Assembly (NCBI GenBank): GCA_034661075.1 | Contig: JAYEKP010000083.1 | Coordinates: 220-64,219, forward strand | Source: Bacteroidota bacterium | GTDB taxonomy: Bacteria; Bacteroidota; Bacteroidia; Bacteroidales; UBA12077 | DNA: 64,000 nucleotides | Direction: 5' to 3' | In this document: positions 1-8,827 of the stretch, piece after piece | How positions within the stretch are numbered: position 1 is the stretch's first letter | Layout: the number at the start of each line of letters is the position of its first letter | The notes under the pieces: generated by a model | What the model saw: the letters and a program-made list of their open reading frames with translations, nothing else | Databases searched by the model: none | What the model was told of the DNA's origin: nothing | Made by a program: the position numbers and the translations under genes

Positions 1-642
1 AGCATTGCCAATCATGTACGTATACAAAAGCAAATACGTAAATATAATCAATTGTACAAATGGTTGAATAATCGTGATATTATTCCCGAAATCCGTCATA
101 CTGCATGTTCAGCAGCTGCAATAACTTATCCGCGTACCCGAATGGATATGGTGCGGGTTGGAATTTTACAGTATGGATTCTGGCCCACTCGCGAAACATT
201 TATTCAGTATATCCATAAAAGAATGGATAAAACAGATCCATTAATGCGCGTGTTGAGCTGGAAAAGTCAGATAATGTCTATTAAAAAAGTTAAAACGGGT
301 GAATTTGTTAGTTACGGAACTGCATATTTTGCTCAAGAAGAAAAAATAATTGCCATTGTTCCTGTTGGCTATTCGCATGGATACAGCCGTTCATTGAGTA
401 ATCAGGGACGTGTAATTATTGATGGACAGAGAGCACCGGTTATTGGAGTAGTAAATATGAATATGCTTATTGCTGATGTAACCCATATACCAGGGGTAAA
501 ACGTGGCGACGAAGTAATATTAATTGGCGTAGACAATGGAATTGAAATTACCCTGGCTTCATTTGCTGATTTTAACAATCAGTTAAATTATGAGTTATTG
601 GCCAGATTACCTATGAACATTCCACGAAAAGTAATAAATTAG
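1..642 (+). CDS. alr: alanine racemase, C-terminal part (5' end lies outside the window)
   Basis: Frame 1 is open from base 1 into the 52..642 ORF. The C-terminal barrel motifs VPVGYSHGYSR and RAPVIGVVNMNM are typical of Alr. Confidence 0.85.
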   Translation, partial: SIANHVRIQKQIRKYNQLYKWLNNRDIIPEIRHTACSAAAITYPRTRMDMVRVGILQYGFWPTRETFIQYIHKRMDKTDPLMRVLSWKSQIMSIKKVKTGEFVSYGTAYFAQEEKIIAIVPVGYSHGYSRSLSNQGRVIIDGQRAPVIGVVNMNMLIADVTHIPGVKRGDEVILIGVDNGIEITLASFADFNNQLNYELLARLPMNIPRKVIN

Positions 643-673
643 CTAAAAAAGAGTTATACTAAAAAAAATAAAG

Positions 674-1744
674 ATGGCGTTCTTAGAACTTGACAGAGAA
701 AAATTGAAATTTAATTTTAATTATTTAAAATCAATTTTAGATAAACATGAAATTAAATTTGGTGTTGTTTCAAAATTACTTTGTGGCAACGAAGACTATT
801 TGAAAGAGTTAATAGATTTAGGAGTAGAACAAATTCTAGATGCTCGAATAGATAATTTGAGAGTAATAAAAAAACTTGACCCTGAAATTGAAACGGTTTA
901 TATTAGGCCTCCAGCGAAAAGAGGAATTAAAAATGTGGTGAAGTATGCCGATATTAGTTTTAATACCGAATTTAGTACGATAAAATTGCTTTCGGATGAA
1001 GCCAAACGGCAGAAGAAGAAACATAAGGTGATGATAATGATCGAGATGGGGGATTTGCGTGAAGGTGTTTTGGGTGAAGAGTTTATTGATTTCTATGGAC
1101 GTATTTTTAGACTACCTAATATTGAGGTGGTGGGTATTGGTACTAACCTAAATTGCCTAAATGGGGTGATGCCCAGCCAGGACAAGCTAGTACAACTTTG
1201 TTTGTATGAGCAATTGGTGGAAGCTAAATTTAGACGTAATATTCCTTATGTTTCCGGAGGTTCGTCTGTTACCCTTGAACTTGTTTTTAAAAACATTATT
1301 CCTGAAGGAATTACGCATTTTAGAATTGGAGAAACTTTGTTTATGGGGAATAACCTGTTTACTGAAGAAGATATTCCTGAAATGAAACACGATATATTTA
1401 AGTTAAATACAGAGATTATTGAATTAACGGAGAAACCAGTTGTTCCAACTGGAGAGATAGGAACAAATGTTGCTGGAGAAGTAAAGTCATTTGACGAAGA
1501 AGATTATGGAAAAACCTCATACAGGGCAATACTAGATGTTGGTTTATTAGATATCGACCCGGAGAATATGACCCCATTGGATGATGGTGTTGAAATTACC
1601 GGAGCCAGTTCTGATATGATTGTTGTTGATTTGGGATCGGAAAAACCAAAATATAAAGTGGGCGATTTAATCCAATTTCGTTTAAGTTATATGGGCGCAT
1701 TAAGCGTGTTGGGTTCTAAGTATATTCGAAAAAAAGTAATTTAA
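674..1744 (+). CDS. alanine/ornithine racemase family PLP-dependent enzyme
   Basis: 356 aa. The N-terminal TIM-barrel pattern KFGVVSKLLCG contains the candidate PLP lysine. ...VKYADISFNTE...MIEMGDLREG resembles the clostridial ornithine-racemase-type family as I recall it. Confidence 0.7.
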   Translation: MAFLELDREKLKFNFNYLKSILDKHEIKFGVVSKLLCGNEDYLKELIDLGVEQILDARIDNLRVIKKLDPEIETVYIRPPAKRGIKNVVKYADISFNTEFSTIKLLSDEAKRQKKKHKVMIMIEMGDLREGVLGEEFIDFYGRIFRLPNIEVVGIGTNLNCLNGVMPSQDKLVQLCLYEQLVEAKFRRNIPYVSGGSSVTLELVFKNIIPEGITHFRIGETLFMGNNLFTEEDIPEMKHDIFKLNTEIIELTEKPVVPTGEIGTNVAGEVKSFDEEDYGKTSYRAILDVGLLDIDPENMTPLDDGVEITGASSDMIVVDLGSEKPKYKVGDLIQFRLSYMGALSVLGSKYIRKKVI

Positions 1745-1791
1745 TATACAATCAAAATAAAGAATGGTATTAAAATTATAAAAAATCAATC

Positions 1792-2073
1792 ATGGTTGAC
1801 AATAAAGATAATGTTCAAAACACAAACAAGTTTAAACAGATTTATACTGATTCTGTTAAAATGGAAATTCTTAAGATTCTTGAAGAGGAAGGTACCTGTT
1901 CATTAGGGCATATTATTCAAAAAATGAAGTTATCGAATGTTACCGGGCCGGAACATATTTTAGAACTTAGAAATATTGGATTAGTTAAAAAAACAGGTAA
2001 TCCACCAACGTTTCAGTTAAATAAAGAAAAATATCAAGAATTTTTAAAACATTTTACCGCTAACCAACGTTAA
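1792..2073 (+). CDS. small winged-helix (ArsR-like) DNA-binding protein, hypothetical
   Basis: 93 aa. The segment ILKILEEEGTCSLGHIIQKMKLSNVTGPEHILELRNIGLVKK looks like an HTH plus wing. Assigned by pattern only. Confidence 0.4.
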   Translation: MVDNKDNVQNTNKFKQIYTDSVKMEILKILEEEGTCSLGHIIQKMKLSNVTGPEHILELRNIGLVKKTGNPPTFQLNKEKYQEFLKHFTANQR

Positions 2074-2254
2074 AGAATAACATATTTATTTTAAAATATT
2101 TTTATAATTATAAAAAAAGTTGCTTCTTTGTACTTTTTTAGTATTGTTATATTTTTTGGGGTTAATACGAGTAACATTTACTACATATCTATATCATTGA
2201 TAACAATCCCATTTTATTTACCGAATTATTAAAGTTTGAAAAGGAGAGGCTGAG

Positions 2255-3115
2255 ATGAGACAATTAAAAATTACAAAATCTATCACCAATCGTGATAGTT
2301 CTTCTCTTGAAAAATATTTGCAAGATGTAGGAAAAGAGGAGATGATTACCGCCGAAGAAGAAGTTGAGCTGGCTCAACGAATAAAAAAAGGAGATCGAGC
2401 TGCACTCGAATGTTTAACCAAAGCAAACTTGAGATTTGTAATCTCGGTTGCCAAACAATACCAATTCCAGGGATTGAGTCTTCCGGATTTAATTAATGAA
2501 GGGAATCTTGGCTTGATAAAAGCAGCAGAACGCTTTGACGAAACCAAAGGGTTTAAGTTTATATCTTATGCTGTATGGTGGATACGTCAATCCATTTTGC
2601 AAGCTATTGCAGAACAATCAAGAGTTGTTCGATTACCTTTAAATAAGGTAGGGTCTTTAAATAAAATTCATAAAGCCTATTCAACTTTAGAACAACAGTT
2701 CGACAGAACTCCAACAGCTGATGAATTAGCTGAATTTGTTGATTTACCAAAAGATAAGGTGGAAGATACACTACAACTTTCCGGTAAACCTTTATCCGTT
2801 GATGCTCCATTTGCTGAAGGGGAAGAGGGAAGCTTGTTGGATGTTATGGAAAATGCCGACTCGCCTAATGCAGATAATACATTACTTGAAGAATCTCTGG
2901 CCAAAGAGGTAGAAAGAACTTTGAGCATTTTACCTGAGAAGGAATGTTTAGTACTTAAGTTTTACTATGGCATTGGAGGTAAAGAATTATCTCTTGAAGA
3001 AATTGGGGTCGAACTTGGGCTAACTCGTGAAAGAGTTCGACAAATTAAAGAAAAAGCCATTCGAAGATTAAGACATTCATCTAAAAATAAGCTTCTTAAG
3101 AAATATTTAGGTTAA
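2255..3115 (+). CDS. rpoD: RNA polymerase primary sigma factor (Bacteroidota short SigA/RpoD)
   Basis: 286 aa. Region 2 ([13 protein letters not shown]), region 3 and region 4 ([27 protein letters not shown]) are all present. Confidence 0.95.
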   Translation: MRQLKITKSITNRDSSSLEKYLQDVGKEEMITAEEEVELAQRIKKGDRAALECLTKANLRFVISVAKQYQFQGLSLPDLINEGNLGLIKAAERFDETKGFKFISYAVWWIRQSILQAIAEQSRVVRLPLNKVGSLNKIHKAYSTLEQQFDRTPTADELAEFVDLPKDKVEDTLQLSGKPLSVDAPFAEGEEGSLLDVMENADSPNADNTLLEESLAKEVERTLSILPEKECLVLKFYYGIGGKELSLEEIGVELGLTRERVRQIKEKAIRRLRHSSKNKLLKKYLG

Positions 3116-3140
3116 AACTTCTAATCATAAATTTATATAA

Positions 3141-3168
3141 GTCCGCTGGTTTCCAGTGGACTTTTTTT
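3141..3168 (+). terminator. rho-independent terminator after rpoD
   Basis: Hairpin GTCCGCTGG/CCAGTGGAC with one mismatch, followed by a T7 tract. Confidence 0.6.
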
Positions 3169-3248
3169 GTGCTTTTTATTTGAAAAATAAACAAGTGAAT
3201 GGTTTTATTACTAAATTTAGTACATTAAATTTTGTAATTCATTAACCT

Positions 3249-5476
3249 ATGAAAGATAATAGATCAAGCGGTTTTGGTACCGCTCCGGTATTTTTTACCG
3301 CTATCTCAACAATTTTAGGAGCTATTTTGTTTTTGCGCTTTGGATTTGCTGTTGGAACACTAGGTTCATTAGGTGTGTTGGTAATACTCATTGTCGGTCA
3401 CTTTGTTACTATTCCCACAGCATTTGTTATTTCCGAAATAGCTACAAACCAACGAGTTGAAGGTGGTGGCGAATATTTTATCATATCCCGTTCCTTTGGG
3501 TTAAATATTGGTGGCACAATAGGGATTGCCTTATTTATGTCGCAAGCTATTAGTGTCGCATTTTACGTCATTGCATTTACCGAAGCTTTTGAACCTGTTT
3601 TTAACTGGGCACGTGAAACACACAACCTAAATCTCCCACGTCAGGTAATAAGCCTTCCGGCAATGGGATTGCTTGCCTTACTTATCTTGCGTAAAGGTGC
3701 AAATTTGGGAGTTAAAGCATTATATGTTGTTGTAGGCATTTTTGTTTTTTTCCCTTATTTTATTTTTTATTGGTAAAACATCTTATTCTGAAACTGCACA
3801 AGCCGGAATTTCAGGTAATCTAATGCGTAATATGGATGATTTTTTTCTTGTTTTTGCCATTATCTTTCCTGCATTTACCGGAATGACAGCTGGTGTAGGG
3901 TTGTCGGGAGATTTGAAAAATCCTGGAAAATCAATTCCCTTAGGGACTGTCACTGCTACATTATCAGGAATAGTAATTTATTTATTTATTTATTATATTA
4001 AAATTGGTAAAGTCAGCTTCACCCGAGGATTTAATAAATAATCAGCTTATCATGGCTGATATTGCATTATGGGGAAAGATTTTTATTCCTTTAGGATTAG
4101 CAGCCTCAACCATATCCTCTGCGTTGGGTTCTGTTATGGTTGCTCCGCGTACTTTGCAGGCTTTAGGGGTAGACAGGACCTTTCCTTTTCAACGTTTTAA
4201 TCGTATCATGGCTAAGGGGAAAGGAAACTCTAATGAGCCCTTCAATGCTTCGGTAATTACTGTTTTAATTGCTTTTGTATTTGTTGCTCTGGGAGATGTT
4301 AATGCGGTGGCACGGATTATTTCCATGTTTTTTATGGTTACTTATGGTTCCTTATGTTTGATTTCTTTTTTAAATCATTTTGGTTCCTCCCCTTCATACA
4401 GGCCTACCTTCCGTTCGCATTGGATTTTATCCCTTATTGGTTTTGTGTTTTCAATATTTCTAATGTTTAAAATGGATTCGTTGTATGCTTTTTTATCCAT
4501 TATTTTCATGGTAATACTGTATATATATATTAGTAATTATCATAAAGACCGGCAGGGCCTTGAATCGATTTTTCGAAGTGCTTTATTTCAAATAAACCGT
4601 AATTTGCAGGTTTATCTTCAAAAAAATCAAAACATTAAGAAAAAAGAACAGTGGCATCCTTTAGCTGTTTGTGTTACCGAGGCCAGTTCCGACAGAGATA
4701 ATGCGTTCCGATTATTAACCTGGTTATCATATAAATATGGATTTGGTACCTATATTCAATATATTCAGGGGTATTACAGCAGGGCTACTTATGAAGATGC
4801 CAAATTGGCGTTGGATTTATTGATTGAACGGGCCGAATCTCGTAAAAGCCATGTATATGTTGATACTATTGTTTCTCCTTCGTATACATCTGCGATAGCT
4901 CAAATTATTCAGCTACCTGGTATTTCAGGGCTCGAAAATAATATGATATTATTTGAGTATGATAAAAAGGATCCTAAAAATCTCGGGCAAATCGTTGAAA
5001 ATTTTTCTTTAGTACATTCCGGCAACTATGATGTTTGTATCCTTGGTGGTTCAAACAGAGGTGTTAATTATAAAGAAGGAATCCACATTTGGGTGCGTAG
5101 GGTGGATGAAGAGAACTTAAATTTAATGGTTTTATTAAGTTATATCATTTTAGGCCATCCCGACTGGAAAGGAGGAAAGATTAAAATTTTTAATGTGCGA
5201 CGCAAGGGAAAATATGATGAAGCAACAGACCATCTCTTAGAGCTTGTAAAGACTGGAAGACTACCAATTTCTTTGAGTAATGTAGAATTTGTTGATATTG
5301 ATGAAGGAATGAACCTTAAAGAAATTATTAATGAAAAGTCGGTGAAAGCAGGATTGACAATGTTAGGATTTCGTAGTGAACAAATTAAGCACGAAGGGCT
5401 TAAGTTATTTGAAGGGTTTGATGATTTGGGAGATATCCTTTTTGTGAATGCATATAAAATGAAGGAAATAGATTAA
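3249..5476 (+). pseudogene. APC-superfamily / SLC12-like (cation-chloride cotransporter-type) permease with cytoplasmic C-terminal domain, broken by two +1 frame changes
   Basis: Three overlapping ORFs (3249..3776, 3742..4041, 4004..5476) read as one continuous polytopic permease. The breaks fall in a T5/T7 tract (3739-3751) and an (ATTT)n tract (3977-4004). Confidence 0.75.
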
Positions 5477-5492
5477 TGTCTTGATATATTTG

Positions 5493-5508
5493 CACTTAAT
5501 ATTAAGTG
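5493..5508. terminator. palindrome between convergent genes (possible bidirectional terminator)
   Basis: CACTTAATATTAAGTG is a perfect 16-nt palindrome lying between the permease stop and the trmJ stop. Confidence 0.35.
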
Positions 5509-5526
5509 TAACCTGTGAGTATAATT

Positions 5527-6255
5527 TTAATTACCTGGATTTTTGTAAAGTTTTTTGTAAATTTTATTCTCAATGGAAAGAAGTAAATGAATATCAATTT
5601 CACCTAAAAGCATTAAACGTTCTATGATTCGGTTATAGATTGCAGAATCTTCTTTAAATTCGATGGTTGCAAGCAAGTCTTTGGTTTTGTTTTTTAATAG
5701 GATTAATTCAGCCTGATCAACTTTTTGATTAGGCATTTCTTTTTTATCGTAGTTTAACCCGGAAAGGGTGTAAGTATAAATCATTACCGATTGAGCCAGG
5801 TTTAATGAAGGATACGTGGTTTTCATCGGAATGGTGGTGACAATATCACAATGTTTTAATTCCTTGTTGGTTAACCCACTTTCTTCGCGTCCAAAAACAA
5901 TCGCAATATTTTGTATACTATTTGCTTTTGCTTCGATTAATTCATTGATTTTATTTATCGGGTAATAATCTTCGTTTATCCTGCGTTTTTTCGCTGATGT
6001 TCCAATAATCCAGTCGATATCTTTTAACGCTTCTTCTAAAGACAAAAATGTTTCCGCTTTTTCCAGAATTTCCCGGGAAGCGTGAGCAACCCATCCTGCT
6101 TTTTCATCTAAGTGTTCTTTGGTATTCACAAGCCTTAACGATGAAAAACCCATCGTTTTAATAGCCTGGGCTGCTGCTCCAATATTTTCCGGTACTGCCG
6201 GTTCTACAAGGATAAAATGTATTTGCATAATATTATTAAAATCACACTTCGACAT
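5527..6255 (-). CDS. trmJ: tRNA (cytidine/uridine-2'-O)-methyltransferase, SpoU/TrmJ type
   Basis: 242 aa. The N-terminus ILVEPAVPENIGAAAQAIKTMGFSSLRLVN and FGREESGLTNKEL match the SPOUT TrmJ pattern. Confidence 0.75.
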   Translation of the reverse strand: MSKCDFNNIMQIHFILVEPAVPENIGAAAQAIKTMGFSSLRLVNTKEHLDEKAGWVAHASREILEKAETFLSLEEALKDIDWIIGTSAKKRRINEDYYPINKINELIEAKANSIQNIAIVFGREESGLTNKELKHCDIVTTIPMKTTYPSLNLAQSVMIYTYTLSGLNYDKKEMPNQKVDQAELILLKNKTKDLLATIEFKEDSAIYNRIIERLMLLGEIDIHLLLSIENKIYKKLYKNPGN

Positions 6256-6286
6256 CTCGATAATTATCGGAACAGTGAGACAAAAT

Positions 6287-6957
6287 TTATTCGTTTAAAC
6301 TTAACTGATAATTTATCCCATTATTAATAAAACGGTTAAAAGGGTATAAAGCGTTAAAAGTTTCTTTGATTTCATCAGCAAATGTATCTGAGGTAACTTG
6401 TTCTTCGCTTATTTTTTTCATTACCGTATAGTGTTTATATTTAAGCAAATCAATATCTGCAAAGTCTTTAGGAAATCCCTTTGGTGCTGTTTTTAACATA
6501 TCGTCCTGGAGAATTTCTTTAAAATGCTTTTGGAAATTTTTATTTTCTATGATTTGTTTAAACTCATCGGTATTTTCAAAAATTTCTGTCCTAACGGCTT
6601 TTAACCGGTCGGCAGGGGGCATATAAATTGAAAACAGTTATCGGGTTCTAAATGAATATAATATCCGACATAACCTGCATTTCTTCCTCCCTGAGCAATA
6701 AATGCACCGAAATTTGTTTTGTAAGGAGATTTGTCTTTTGAAAATCGAATATCTCTGTTAATTCTAAAAATACATTGTTTGGGTTCAATATTTTTTATGG
6801 AATAATCAAATTGAGCAATATCTAAGATGGATTGTACAATGAGTTGTTCAAATTGTTTTCGCACAATCTGGTAAACAGGTTTATGATCATAAAACCATTC
6901 TTTATGGTTATTTTGTTTTAGCTCACGTAAAAAGTGAAACAGATTTTTACTTATCAT
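6287..6957 (-). pseudogene. DUF2461 (TIGR02453) family protein, split by one frameshift
   Basis: ORFs 6601..6957 (N-terminal part, ...RINRDIRFSKDKSPYKT...YYIHLEPDNCF) and 6287..6622 (C-terminal part) overlap by 22 nt. The break must lie between 6603 and 6638, where there is an A4 run (6631-6634) and a G5 run (6615-6619). Confidence 0.7.
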
Positions 6958-7898
6958 TATTGGCCGTTATCATTTTTTTGTTCAATATACGAATCAATAT
7001 GTCTTTCTTTCTTAGCAGGGAAAATATCATCAATAGTTATTAAAATACCTGATTCTTCTACATTGCCAAACGCTTCATTAATGGTTGTACCAAAGAATTT
7101 CATGGTCGGCGACAAATTCATGTAAGCATTGATAAGTGGTGGAATATTTAAATCAAATTCTCGAATTTTTTTCTGAAGAATGCGATAATTTTCTTTGTAA
7201 GACTTGCCATTAAAAATTTGTTTCATTTTGTCTTCTTCAATATTTGGCAGAATAGGCTTTTTTGCTTTAACCAAATTATTTTCATCTGGAAATTGTGTTT
7301 GAAGAAAATACAAAATAATATTTCTTGCTTCTTTATTAAAGTGAGGATACATGGTAACTTTGCCAAAAAAGTGATTTATTTGAGAATTTTCTACCACAAG
7401 CGCTCCTAATCCATCCCATAAATTATCCAGCGCAAACAAGCCCTTGCGTTCGGCAGCCTTTGATTGAAATTTAGGCTGAATGAATGACCGTCCTAACTCA
7501 ATCATGTAGGGGAGGTACGTTTTACTGAATTCATCGGAAAATGTAAAAAGTTTTGAGGTAGCTAAATTATTAGGGTCGCTTTCGTTACTACAAATATGGA
7601 ACCGATAACCTCCCAGTATTTCTTTTTCTCCCGGGTCCCAGCTTATCAGCTGTTCATAAGGTTCATCCTGGGTGTCAAATTTATCGATATCCATTTCTTT
7701 GCCGGTACCACCACCGGCATTGCGAAACGTTAATTCGCGTAAGCGGCCAACTTCGCGCATAATGTTGGGCGAATTGTTATGATTAATGATGTACAATTGA
7801 TTACCACCATTATTGGTATCGCGTAAAAATTTGTCTGGACTTAATTCTTTTTCTATCAGTCTTCTATCTATTGGGGCAATTACTTCTTTCATTTCCAT
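6957..7898 (-). CDS. glsB: GNAT-fold N-acyltransferase, OlsB/GlsB-like (amino-acid lipid synthesis)
   Basis: 313 aa. It has the ...LRELTFRNAGGGTGKEMDIDKFD... pattern of OlsB-type 'hemolysin-like' acyltransferases. It lies directly downstream of an LPLAT-type acyltransferase, as in the Bacteroides glsB/glsA pair. Confidence 0.6.
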   Translation of the reverse strand: MEMKEVIAPIDRRLIEKELSPDKFLRDTNNGGNQLYIINHNNSPNIMREVGRLRELTFRNAGGGTGKEMDIDKFDTQDEPYEQLISWDPGEKEILGGYRFHICSNESDPNNLATSKLFTFSDEFSKTYLPYMIELGRSFIQPKFQSKAAERKGLFALDNLWDGLGALVVENSQINHFFGKVTMYPHFNKEARNIILYFLQTQFPDENNLVKAKKPILPNIEEDKMKQIFNGKSYKENYRILQKKIREFDLNIPPLINAYMNLSPTMKFFGTTINEAFGNVEESGILITIDDIFPAKKERHIDSYIEQKNDNGQ

Positions 7899-7945
7899 AT
7901 AAAAATTTGGGGATTCAAATTTACGAATAATTTTAAAACCATGAT

Positions 7946-8773
7946 TTATTGGAATGGTTCAATATCTCCTTCAGGTAAACGGTAAACATATTCTTTAAGT
8001 TCCTGAGCCCATTGCTTAGGAGACTTTGATTTGTCAAATTTTTGATAGGGAACGGGTTTTCCAAACGTTAAGGTTATAACTTTATTACGTTGTTTAAAAA
8101 GCTCATTTACAAGGTATAGCATCTCAATATTGGCTTTTATAGCCAATATTTTTCGGATATTGGCAAGGTTATAAAAAAAGTTTGAGTTTCGTCCGTCAAT
8201 ATGCACGGGAACGATATCTCTTTTATGCTGAACAGCTTTGGCAACAAAACTTTTTTTCCATTCCAGGTCAATAATTTTTCCTTTTATTTTACGCGAGCAT
8301 AGTCCGGCCGGAAAATTTAATACCTGAACATCCGATTCGTATGTTTTTTCAATTTTTTTGACATATTCGAGCGACTGCCTTCCATGTTTATTTACCGGGA
8401 TAAAGATAGGGTCCAGATTTTTAAGATTCATCAAAATATCGTTGACTAAGAATTTTATATCCGGATGATATTTACCCACCACATGCGCAAAAACAATCCC
8501 GTCGAATCCACCCAACGGGTGATTAGCAACAAAAATGTATCTTCCTTTTTTGGGGATATTTTCTTCGCCTTTGATAATGATTTTGATATTAAATTCATCA
8601 ATGGCTGTTTGAACAAAATCCAAACCCATTTTACCATCAAAAACAGGAATTAAATCATTAATATCTTTTTGGTGAATCACTTTTTCCAAATAGCGATACA
8701 AAAAGCCGGGAATTAATTTAGCCAGTTTTGGATTCTTATCTTTAAATATTTTTCGTACACTAATTTTTTCCAT
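7946..8773 (-). CDS. glsA: lysophospholipid acyltransferase family protein (GlsA/OlsA-like O-acyltransferase)
   Basis: 275 aa. The HX4D motif is present as NHPLGGFDG, and FPAGLCSR is the second acyltransferase block. Confidence 0.6.
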   Translation of the reverse strand: MEKISVRKIFKDKNPKLAKLIPGFLYRYLEKVIHQKDINDLIPVFDGKMGLDFVQTAIDEFNIKIIIKGEENIPKKGRYIFVANHPLGGFDGIVFAHVVGKYHPDIKFLVNDILMNLKNLDPIFIPVNKHGRQSLEYVKKIEKTYESDVQVLNFPAGLCSRKIKGKIIDLEWKKSFVAKAVQHKRDIVPVHIDGRNSNFFYNLANIRKILAIKANIEMLYLVNELFKQRNKVITLTFGKPVPYQKFDKSKSPKQWAQELKEYVYRLPEGDIEPFQ

Positions 8774-8827
8774 TATGCAGTAATGATAAATTAGTTTCTA
8801 TCTTCAAAATTAAAACAAAAATTTGTA

